Positions 56,144-64,000 of a stretch of DNA of 64,000 bases are shown here, one piece after another. A model generated the notes under the pieces. The model did not search any database. It was not told where the DNA came from and saw only the letters and a program-made list of their open reading frames with translations. Where the stretch lies: assembly GCA_963717505.1 (NCBI GenBank), contig OY970342.1, positions 992,001 to 1,056,000 on the forward strand, written 5' to 3'. The position numbers and the translations under genes are program-made. Within the stretch, counting starts at the first letter, position 1. Each line of letters begins with the position of its first letter. The stretch is from Candidatus Eiseniibacteriota bacterium (GTDB lineage: Bacteria > Eisenbacteria > RBG-16-71-46).

Positions 56144-58007
56144 GCGTGAGTTTCCGGCGCTTGCCGTCGCGCAGGATCTCGAACTGGACCTTGGTGCCCA
56201 CCGGTTGTTGTTCGAACAGGCGCTCCACCTCGGCGTAGCCGAGCTCGAGTGGCGCTTTCCCGTTTAGCGCCGCGACCCGGTCGCCGGCTCGCAACCCGGC
56301 GCGCTCGGCCGCCGAACCGGCGACCACCTGAGCCACCTGGACTTCGTCCTGCATGCGCGCGAGCAGGACGCCGGCGCGCGTGAAGCGATCGCGTTCCTTG
56401 TATTTCGCACCCGGGGTCAAATAGAGAATTCGGCGCTCGTAGTCGAAGATGCAGTGGAAGCGTTCGAGCAACTGGTTGCCGATGTTGCCCGCATAGTCCT
56501 CGCTTGCGAGCGCCCCCTGGGTCGCGCCCGACAGGCCGACCACCGGCTCGCGGACCACGAAAGGCCCGAGAGCGAGCGAGTCCATTCGGGTCAGCGTGTT
56601 CTCGAACGTGCCGCCAAATCCGCCGCCGAGCACGGGAACCCGCGGACGCGAATCCCGGTCGAGCCCGTTCGCCAGGACAAAAGGCGTGTGCAGGTCGACG
56701 GTCGAGCCGCTGCCAACATCGACGCGAAACGAGCCGGTCCATCGATCGTCGAGCTTCAGGGTCACCACCGGAATCGTGCCGGCCAGCTGCATCGGGATCG
56801 GGGTCGCGGATTCGAGCGCGGTGAAGCCCTTGGGGTCGCGGAGCGTCAGGCGGCGCTCGTCGTAGTCGATCTCGTTCACGAACCGGGTGATGAAGTCGTA
56901 ACCGATCACTCCAGCGCATTCTCTCCAAAAGAACGGCGCGAGGATCGGGTTGAGCGACAAGACAGCAACTTTCTGGTTCCGGATCAGGATGCCGTCCCCG
57001 TCCGGCCCGGAGACACTCAGCGAGTCGAGTGACGCCAGAGCCGCGCCGCCCGAGGCGCCGGCGCCGACGCTCTGCAGCCTGCCCTCGGTCTTGATCCCGA
57101 TTCGAGCGGCGTAGGCGCTGTCGAGCACGGTCAGGCTCGCGCCGGTGTCGTACAGGAAGTCCGCCGGTGGATGCCCGTTTACCGCAGCGCGCAGCCAGAC
57201 GTGCCGACTTTGATACTCGAAGGGGAGCGTCGCCCGGCCGGGAGTGCTCAGGAACGTCGGCGCGCTCGCCGCCGATCCCGGCGGCGCAAAGCGATCGTCG
57301 TCGACCTCGACGTTGATCGCCATCGAGTCGATGCGCACGGTGATGTCGTTGGCCGGCATGCCTTCGATGCGCGTGACCACGGTAAAAGCCGTGAGTCGGG
57401 CGGGCACACCGGGCGCCGAGGGTCCCGGCCGATAGTCCGACAGGTCGGTGGTGGTCGAGTGCTGGTCGTTGCGGCCGGTCACCCGCTCTAGCAGGCCGTT
57501 GTCGCGGCGGAACGCATAGCGTCGCGACCGGCCGTACGGCGGGGTGATCTCGAGCACCGTGCCGTCGGCCGATCCGGAGTCACGCACCACTTCGATGCGC
57601 CCGCCACCCTGGTCCCGCGCCAGCCAGCGCTCGGTGTCGAACCAGACCGAGGCCCGCGCTTCTTCGAGGTCCTTGCCGTCGAGCCAGGCCAGCGCTCCGC
57701 CGGGATCCACGCGCCACGCGCGCTCGCCCAGGCACCCGGTGCTCACGTGAATCGGGCCGATCGCAGTGACCTCGATGCGCGCGTCCGGCGATCGAGTCCA
57801 GACCGTGGTCGCGCCTTCGAGCCCGAATGCGCTCACGTTCGCCCGCACGTAGGCGCTGCGAACTCCGGTCACCGCAGTCTCGCCCCCGGTCGCCTCGACG
57901 TAGCGCGCGAGCACCTTTTCGGCTTCCGGGGTGATTTCCGCCCGCGCCACGGTTGCGGCCAGAGCGACTGTCGCGAGCAGGGTGCCCAGCCGTTGCCAAC
58001 GATTCAC
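56121..58007 (-). CDS. Secreted tandem aspartyl protease with C-terminal PDZ domain
   Basis: Signal peptide; FLYDTGAS...GVIGYDF and FRVDVGS...GNIGNQLL; GSAAERAGLRAGD PDZ. Confidence 0.85.
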   Translation of the reverse strand: MNRWQRLGTLLATVALAATVARAEITPEAEKVLARYVEATGGETAVTGVRSAYVRANVSAFGLEGATTVWTRSPDARIEVTAIGPIHVSTGCLGERAWRVDPGGALAWLDGKDLEEARASVWFDTERWLARDQGGGRIEVVRDSGSADGTVLEITPPYGRSRRYAFRRDNGLLERVTGRNDQHSTTTDLSDYRPGPSAPGVPARLTAFTVVTRIEGMPANDITVRIDSMAINVEVDDDRFAPPGSAASAPTFLSTPGRATLPFEYQSRHVWLRAAVNGHPPADFLYDTGASLTVLDSAYAARIGIKTEGRLQSVGAGASGGAALASLDSLSVSGPDGDGILIRNQKVAVLSLNPILAPFFWRECAGVIGYDFITRFVNEIDYDERRLTLRDPKGFTALESATPIPMQLAGTIPVVTLKLDDRWTGSFRVDVGSGSTVDLHTPFVLANGLDRDSRPRVPVLGGGFGGTFENTLTRMDSLALGPFVVREPVVGLSGATQGALASEDYAGNIGNQLLERFHCIFDYERRILYLTPGAKYKERDRFTRAGVLLARMQDEVQVAQVVAGSAAERAGLRAGDRVAALNGKAPLELGYAEVERLFEQQPVGTKVQFEILRDGKRRKLTLKLAEIL

Positions 58008-58180
58008 GCGTATCTCCGATCCCGGTTGAGGTTGCCCCGAGCACACTAGACAACGCCGCGGGCCGCGGGCAATCGGCGACGTGGGCGGATCCCGAGCCCC
58101 GGGTGGGAGGTTGCACGAGCGGAACCCGCGCGGCTATCTTGCGCCCGCACCCCGCAGGCGTTCGACTTCGACGGAGGTAG

Positions 58181-58627
58181 ATGATGAATCGCACGATGCT
58201 CGCCGCGGCCTTCGCGCTGCTGCTGCCCGTCACCGCCACCGCCAGCACCATGATTGGTCCGCGGGTCGGCTTCTCCGGTGATCCGGATCAATTCGTGTTC
58301 GGCGGCCACATCATGGTGACCGACGTGGCGCCCAGCCTGTCGTTCGATCCCGGTCTCGAGATCGGCGTCGGGGACGACTTCACTTCGTTCGCCCTCAACG
58401 TCGACATGCACTACCACTTCGACATCTCGGGTAGCTCGTGGCGGCCCTACGTCGGCGGCGGAGCCACGTTGTTCTTCGCCGACGAGGATTCGTTCGCGGG
58501 CGGATCGTTCCTGGCCGGCGCCGGCGTCCCGACCAAGACCGGCAACCGGTTCTTCGCCGAGTTCAAGGTCGGTCTCGGCGACGTCCCCGACTTCAAGCTC
58601 ATGGCCGGCTGGTCGTTCCCGCGCTGA
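58181..58627 (+). CDS. Small outer-membrane beta-barrel protein
   Basis: GGAGG RBS; signal peptide; GPRVG, PYVGGG, FFAEFK, GWSF end. Confidence 0.72.
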   Translation: MMNRTMLAAAFALLLPVTATASTMIGPRVGFSGDPDQFVFGGHIMVTDVAPSLSFDPGLEIGVGDDFTSFALNVDMHYHFDISGSSWRPYVGGGATLFFADEDSFAGGSFLAGAGVPTKTGNRFFAEFKVGLGDVPDFKLMAGWSFPR

Positions 58628-58673
58628 CGCGACGCGGCGCTCCGGCGCCGACGGCCGCCCGCCGCCCGACGCG

Positions 58674-60002
58674 ATGACCCAGGGCACGCCGGTCCAGGAC
58701 CGCCTGACGCTCGAGGAGCTGGCGGATGCGTGGCGGCTCCTGCCCGACGAGGACCGGGTCGTCGCCCTCAAGGAATTGTCGCAGGACCAGGCGCACGACT
58801 TCTTCTTCAGTCTGCCGACGATCGAGCAGGCGCGTATCGTCCTGGCGCTTCCCTCGGAAGAACGGCGCACCTGGGTTCGAATTCTGCCGCCGGACGACGC
58901 AGCCGACCTGATGCAGGTGATTTCCACGAGCGATCGGGAGAGCCTGCTCGGTCTGCTCGACGAGCCGACGCGCAAGGAAGTCTCGGCGCTGCTCGCCTAC
59001 GCCGAGGATCGCGCCGGCGGCCTGATGAACCCGCGCTATGCGCGTGTGCGGCCCGACGTCACGGTCGACGAAGCGATCCGCTACCTGCGCATGCAGGCGC
59101 GCGAAGCGCTCGAATCGTTCTACTACGTGTACGTCCAGGACGATCAACAGCGCCTGCTCGGCGTGGTCTCGTTCCGCGAACTGTTCTCCGCCGATCCCTC
59201 GGTGCGCGTCAAAGACATCATGCACCGCGAGGTGGTGACCGTCTCGGATCAGATGGACCAGGAGGGCGTTGCCCGCGTGTTTTCGCAACACCCGTTCACT
59301 GCGCTGCCCGCGGTCGACGCCGAGGGCCGCATGAAGGGCGTGGTCACCGCGGACGACATCGTGCACGTCGTGCGCGAAGAGGCGACCGAGGACATCCAGA
59401 AGCTGGGCGGCACGGTCGCCCTCGACGAGCCCTACATGAACGTCAGCCTGCCGGTCATGGTGAAAAAGCGCGCGGTGGTGCTGTCGGTGTTGTTCGTCGG
59501 CGAAATGCTGACCGCGACCGCGATGGGCGCCTACGAGCACCACATCGAGCGCGCCGTGGTGCTCGCGTTGTTCATCCCCTTGATCATTTCGAGCGGCGGC
59601 AACTCGGGATCGCAGGCCTCGACGCTGGTGATCCGCGCCATGGCGCTGGGTGAAGTCCGGCTTCGCGACTGGTGGCGCGTCGCCCAACGCGAGGTGATGG
59701 CCGGGCTGGCGCTCGGCTCGATCCTGGGTGTGATCGGGATGCTGCGCATCATCGTCTGGCAGCAGTTCCAGCCGATCTATGGCCCGCACTACTTGATTTT
59801 GGCCTTCACCATCGGCACCAGTCTGGTCGGCGTGGTGCTGTCCGGCACGATCGCCGGTTCTCTGTTGCCGTTTATCCTCCGGGCGTTGCGGCTCGATCCG
59901 GCGACCGCCTCGGCGCCATTCGTCGCGACGCTGGTCGACGTCACCGGTGTCATCATCTACTTCACGGTGGCCAGCCTCCTCCTGACCGGCAAGCTCCTCT
60001 AG
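58674..60002 (+). CDS. mgtE: Magnesium transporter MgtE
   Basis: DDAAD, AGGLM, CBS pair, SSGGNSGSQ, DPATASAPFVATLVD. Confidence 0.95.
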   Translation: MTQGTPVQDRLTLEELADAWRLLPDEDRVVALKELSQDQAHDFFFSLPTIEQARIVLALPSEERRTWVRILPPDDAADLMQVISTSDRESLLGLLDEPTRKEVSALLAYAEDRAGGLMNPRYARVRPDVTVDEAIRYLRMQAREALESFYYVYVQDDQQRLLGVVSFRELFSADPSVRVKDIMHREVVTVSDQMDQEGVARVFSQHPFTALPAVDAEGRMKGVVTADDIVHVVREEATEDIQKLGGTVALDEPYMNVSLPVMVKKRAVVLSVLFVGEMLTATAMGAYEHHIERAVVLALFIPLIISSGGNSGSQASTLVIRAMALGEVRLRDWWRVAQREVMAGLALGSILGVIGMLRIIVWQQFQPIYGPHYLILAFTIGTSLVGVVLSGTIAGSLLPFILRALRLDPATASAPFVATLVDVTGVIIYFTVASLLLTGKLL

Positions 60003-60008
60003 GCCGTT

Positions 60009-60869
60009 ATGTTCTCGAAACTGCTTCGCGAACCCCTGGTTCACTTTCTGGCGATCGGCGCTGCGTTGTTCGCCCTGAGCGCGCTGCTCGGCGGCTCGGA
60101 GGACCCGGAGTCGCGCCGAATCGTGGTGACGCGCGGGCGTATCGAGCACCTGGCCACCAGCTTCGAGCGCGTTTGGACCCGGCCGCCTTCGCAAGAGGAA
60201 ATGGACGGTCTGATCGCGGGGTACATCCAGGAGGAGGTCCTCTATCGCGAGGCGATGGCGCTCGGGCTCGATCGCGACGACATGATCGTGCGCCGCCGGC
60301 TGCGCCAGAAGATGGAGTTCCTGGCCGAGGAGTCTCCGCCACCGCCGACCGACGCCGATCTCCGGGCCTATCTCGACGCGCACCCGGATGAATTCCAGGT
60401 CGGCGGCCAGGTCGCTTTCGAGCACGTCTACATCAATCGCGACCTGCGCGGCGAGTCCGCCGAAGGCGATGCGGAACAGATGCTCGCGCGACTTCGGGCC
60501 GCCCCCGATTCCGAAGTCGCCGGCGACCCGTTCCTGCTCGAACACTCGTTCCCGCGCACTCCCACCGAAGAAATCTCACGGACGTTCGGCGAGGCCTTCG
60601 CGCGCGGGCTGATGGCGGTTCCCGTGGGCGAGTGGCGCGGCCCGGTCGAGTCGGGTTATGGCCTGCATCTGGTCCGCGTTCGCGAGCGGGTCCCCGGTCG
60701 GAAGCCCGAACTCGAGGAGGTCCGCGACGCGGTCGTACGCGAATGGTCGACGGCACGACAGGCCGAGTTGCGCGCGCGGTGGTACGAGAACCTGCAGCGT
60801 CGCTACACCGTCGTGGTCGAACCGGCCGCGAGCACGGATCGCGAGCAACGGGTCGGGGTCGCCCGATGA
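60009..60869 (+). CDS. PpiC-type peptidyl-prolyl isomerase (membrane anchored)
   Basis: REPLVHFL.IG, EEVLYREAMALGLD..D..VRRRL.QKMEF, GPVESGYGLHLV. Confidence 0.85.
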   Translation: MFSKLLREPLVHFLAIGAALFALSALLGGSEDPESRRIVVTRGRIEHLATSFERVWTRPPSQEEMDGLIAGYIQEEVLYREAMALGLDRDDMIVRRRLRQKMEFLAEESPPPPTDADLRAYLDAHPDEFQVGGQVAFEHVYINRDLRGESAEGDAEQMLARLRAAPDSEVAGDPFLLEHSFPRTPTEEISRTFGEAFARGLMAVPVGEWRGPVESGYGLHLVRVRERVPGRKPELEEVRDAVVREWSTARQAELRARWYENLQRRYTVVVEPAASTDREQRVGVAR

Positions 60870-61894
60870 CGCGCAACGCGGAATCTCGCCGGCGCTCGGT
60901 CGGAATCTCATGCGTGCTCTTGTGCCTGGCCCTGGCGCTGGGTGCTGCCGAATTCGCGGACGCCCACGAAGTACGGCCCGCCTACCTCGACCTCCGTCAA
61001 ACCGGGCCGGACACCTGGAACGTCGAATGGAAGTTGCCTGCGCGCGGCGACGCCCGACTGCAGATCGTTCCACGCTTCTCGCCGGAGTGCGCCGGGGCCA
61101 CGCCTCCGATCCTGGACCGCACCGAAAGCGCCTTCATCGAGCGCTGGACGGTTCGCTGCACGGGCGGACTCAGCGGTCGGACCGTGACCCTCGACGGCCT
61201 GTCGGCCACCTTCATCGACGCGCTGGTGCGCGTCGAGTACTCGAGCGGTGCTGCGCAGACCGTGCGCCTGCGTCCAGAGTCGCCGTCATTCGAAATCGAA
61301 GCCGAACCCCGCTCGGCTCAGGTCGCGCGCACCTATCTGGTGCTCGGGATCGAACACATCCTGCTCGGCGTCGACCACCTGCTGTTCGTGCTCGCACTGC
61401 TGCTGATCACGGGCCCCGGTTGGCGGCTGATCAAGACGGTCACCGCGTTCACCGTCGCCCACAGCATCACGCTGGCGCTCGCGACACTCGGCGTCGTGCA
61501 CGTGCCCTCGGCGCCGGTCGAGGCCGTGATCGCGCTCAGCATCGTGTTCGTCGCCGCGGAGATTCTCCACCTTCGGGCCGGCCACGCCGGGATCACGGCA
61601 CGTGCACCGTGGGTGGTCGCGTTCACGTTCGGGTTGCTGCACGGCTTCGGCTTTGCCGGCGCCCTGAGCGAAGTCGGCCTGCCGGCGAGCCACATCCCGA
61701 TCGCGCTCCTGTTCTTCAATCTCGGGGTCGAAGCCGGCCAGCTCGCGTTCGTCACCGCGGCCCTGGTCGCGTGGGGCGCGTTCCGGCGCCTGCGCCTCCC
61801 GCTGCCTCGCTGGGCGGCGGTGGCGCCGGCCTACGCCATCGGCGGGATTGCAATGTTCTGGGTGATCGAACGCGTGGCGGCGTTCCGAGCGTGA
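60866..61894 (+). CDS. HupE/UreJ-family membrane protein (putative Ni/Co uptake)
   Basis: ATGA overlap; A-HEVRP mature start; GIEHILLGVDHLLF, FTVAHSITL, FGLLHGFGFA, FNLGVEAGQ. Confidence 0.88.
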   Translation: MTRNAESRRRSVGISCVLLCLALALGAAEFADAHEVRPAYLDLRQTGPDTWNVEWKLPARGDARLQIVPRFSPECAGATPPILDRTESAFIERWTVRCTGGLSGRTVTLDGLSATFIDALVRVEYSSGAAQTVRLRPESPSFEIEAEPRSAQVARTYLVLGIEHILLGVDHLLFVLALLLITGPGWRLIKTVTAFTVAHSITLALATLGVVHVPSAPVEAVIALSIVFVAAEILHLRAGHAGITARAPWVVAFTFGLLHGFGFAGALSEVGLPASHIPIALLFFNLGVEAGQLAFVTAALVAWGAFRRLRLPLPRWAAVAPAYAIGGIAMFWVIERVAAFRA

Positions 61895-61898
61895 ACTC

Positions 61899-63440
61899 GT
61901 GACGCGCCGGCCCAGCCCCTCCCGCCCCCGACCGGCAAAGACGGCGGCGCCCTCCTCTCCCGCGCCGGGCGGGCTCTCGACTCTGTTTCCCTGGTTCCGC
62001 GACGTGCTCGACCCGCGCGGCCCGTTCCTGGTGCCACTCCTTCTGCTTGTGATCGCGCGCGTCATCGCGTGGGCGATTCTGCCGCTCGCCGCCGAGGACG
62101 CGTACATCACCTTTCGCTACGCGCGCAATCTCGCCGCCGGCAACGGCCTGGTCTACAACCCGGACGAGCGCGTGATGGGCTTCACGTCGACACCCTGGGC
62201 CCTGTGGAGCACGCTGGGCATCCTGTTCCTGAAGAATCCAGTCCTCTGGTCGCGGATCACGAACCTGATCGCGGACGCCGTCACGCTTCTGCTCCTCGGT
62301 CAGATGCTGCGCCGGTATGTCGGCGGCGCGGCGGCGGCGAGTTTCACCTGGTTTTTCGCCACCCTCATGTACTTCGCCGTGGTCTCCGCCTCGGGAATGG
62401 AATCGAGTTTCTTCCTGATGCTGATCGTGCTCGCCGCGGCACTCCTGGAAGCGCGCCACATCGCGGCGGGCACGGCACTCGCCCTCGTCGCATGGATCCG
62501 TCCCGAGGGACTGGCGGCGGCGGCGGTGCTGGCCCTCTATGCTCGCTGGCGCGACCGGCTCGTGGCCGCGGTGTTGCTCGGCGCGGCCTGGATCGCGACT
62601 TGGGCGTTCTACGGGACCATCGTGCCGCAGAGTCTTCTGACCAAGGTGCAGATCTACGGCAACTCCGGGCCCTGGGTCGGTCGTCACTGGTGGGAATGGC
62701 TGTCGCCGGCGCCTACCGGGCGATGGCCGTCGGTGGGCGATACCAATCTCCTGGTCGTGGCCTCGATCGTCATGGCTCCGGCATTCGTGATCGGACTGCG
62801 CGAGCTCTGGCGGTTGCGCCAATCCGGTCTCGCGGCGGCGATCGGAGCCGCGCTCGTGGTGTGGCTCGGCTACGCGGTGCTCGGGGTCAGCTACTTCTGG
62901 TGGTATCTCGCGGTGCCCCTCGGCGGTATTGCGGCGGCGGCGGCGATCGGCCTGCCTCGGATCGTCCGCGGCGCGGCGATCTACGTGTCACTGGTGCTCT
63001 GGCTGATCGGCAGCTGGTCGGTCGCGCGGCACTTGTACCTCGGTCGTCTCACTGGTGAATTCGGGTTCGCTCGCGTCGCCCACTACCTGGAGGACCACGC
63101 GAAGCCGGGAGAATCGGTGTTGCTCGAGCCCATTGGGATCATCGGTTTCAGCGCCCCGCTGCGCGTGATCGACGAGGTCGGACTGGTCTCGCCCAAAGTC
63201 GCGACGCGGCGCATGAGCGGCCCGGGCTGGTACTCCGACGTGGTCGAGACCGAGCATCCCGACTGGCTCGTCCTGCGCGCCTTTGTCGCGCGCACCGGCG
63301 CCGGCTTTGCGGGCGCGGGCACGCTGTTTCGCAGCGAGGTCGAGCGCGATTCGCTGTTCGCGCGGTTCTACCGCGCGTATCCGGAACCCGGGAAGGAACC
63401 CGGCGACCAGGACCTGGTAGTGCTGCGCCGATACCGCTGA
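61899..63440 (+). CDS. GT-C-fold membrane glycosyltransferase (AftB-like)
   Basis: EDAYITFRYARNL..G.GLVYNP.ERV.GFTS, SGME, RPEG, D.VGLVS. Confidence 0.8.
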   Translation: MTRRPSPSRPRPAKTAAPSSPAPGGLSTLFPWFRDVLDPRGPFLVPLLLLVIARVIAWAILPLAAEDAYITFRYARNLAAGNGLVYNPDERVMGFTSTPWALWSTLGILFLKNPVLWSRITNLIADAVTLLLLGQMLRRYVGGAAAASFTWFFATLMYFAVVSASGMESSFFLMLIVLAAALLEARHIAAGTALALVAWIRPEGLAAAAVLALYARWRDRLVAAVLLGAAWIATWAFYGTIVPQSLLTKVQIYGNSGPWVGRHWWEWLSPAPTGRWPSVGDTNLLVVASIVMAPAFVIGLRELWRLRQSGLAAAIGAALVVWLGYAVLGVSYFWWYLAVPLGGIAAAAAIGLPRIVRGAAIYVSLVLWLIGSWSVARHLYLGRLTGEFGFARVAHYLEDHAKPGESVLLEPIGIIGFSAPLRVIDEVGLVSPKVATRRMSGPGWYSDVVETEHPDWLVLRAFVARTGAGFAGAGTLFRSEVERDSLFARFYRAYPEPGKEPGDQDLVVLRRYR

Positions 63441-63484
63441 ACGCGGCCGCACCTGGCGCGCGGCCCGCGGCGATGCAACTTCCG

Positions 63485-64000
63485 TTACGGGGTGGCGCCG
63501 GCGCGCAGGCCGCCGCGGGCGGCGATCGCCATGCGCTCGAGGAATGGCTCGGCTTTCAGGAATCCCTCGACCCGCGACTCGCGTACCTCGCGGCCGTCTG
63601 GCATCAGGAACACCACGGTCGGAACACCCGAGATGGCGTACTGCTTCCGCCACGCCTCGGCGTCGGGTGAGTCGTAGCGCGTCAGGTCGGCGCGGAAGGT
63701 GGTGAAGTTGCGCGCCGCCGCGATCACCCGCCGGTCGGTGAACGTGAAGCGCTCGAGCTCGTGGCACGGCATACACCAATCGGCCGAGAAATCGATCATG
63801 ACCGGCCGGCCGCTGGCGAGCGCCTCGGCCAGCGCAGCCGGCGAGAACTTCTCCATGGGAATGCCTTGCCGCGGCGTGGTGGCCACGATCCCGAGCCCGC
63901 CGAGCACGGCGGCGACGCCACCCACGCGCTTGAGCACTCGGAATCCGGTGCGTTTGGGGTGGTCTTCGTCGCGTCGCTCGAAGAACCCGAGCCAGCCCCC
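63485..64000 (-). CDS. C-terminal part of a DsbD-type thiol:disulfide interchange protein (5'-truncated by window edge)
   Basis: TM segment followed by thioredoxin domain DFSADWCMPC, ADLT, GVPT. Confidence 0.8.
   Translation of the reverse strand, partial: GGWLGFFERRDEDHPKRTGFRVLKRVGGVAAVLGGLGIVATTPRQGIPMEKFSPAALAEALASGRPVMIDFSADWCMPCHELERFTFTDRRVIAAARNFTTFRADLTRYDSPDAEAWRKQYAISGVPTVVFLMPDGREVRESRVEGFLKAEPFLERMAIAARGGLRAGATP

Noticed and set aside
537-60545. Many long antisense or alternate-frame ORFs (e.g. 537-1703, 7132-8556, 15537-17258, 47311-50118, 58599-60545)
   Set aside because: Shadow ORFs expected in GC-rich DNA; Arg/Pro/Ala-rich, no motifs, and overlapping well-supported genes

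Overview
GC-rich bacterial chromosomal window with about 57 protein genes. I recognised no rRNA, tRNA, CRISPR array or intact mobile element. The C-terminal FlgD-Ig/'sorting'-type domains on secreted proteins suggest an FCB-related lineage such as Ca. Eisenbacteria (inference only). Main points: (1) a compact five-gene porin-cytochrome operon at 8.7-13.1 kb encoding a decaheme MtrA/DmsE, an MtrB/PioB porin, a monoheme cytochrome c, a NapC/NirT(CymA)-type tetraheme with a CX4CH site and a 69-aa membrane protein, with no MtrC; (2) an apparently autoregulated DtxR/IdeR-family operon at 18.3-20.0 kb with a 16/19 operator match, a Cys4-tailed regulator, an internally deleted ApbE-like protein and a circularly permuted blue-copper lipoprotein, next to a divergent candidate sRNA; (3) a hidden PrdB/GrdB-like selenoprotein (UGA in a U-x-x-C motif plus a SECIS-like hairpin) upstream of a P1B-4 ATPase; (4) two tandem small secreted-peptide genes sharing conserved upstream DNA motifs, one with a protein-level conserved repeat; (5) a HEAT-repeat plus HD-GYP pair with homologous N-terminal domains; (6) a secreted beta-propeller/diheme cytochrome fusion; (7) an AT-richer orphan PD-(D/E)XK-like gene. 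Six single-base insertions between 35.2 and 46.8 kb break four genes and are probably sequencing or assembly errors. All functional calls come from motif recognition by eye; no database searches were run.
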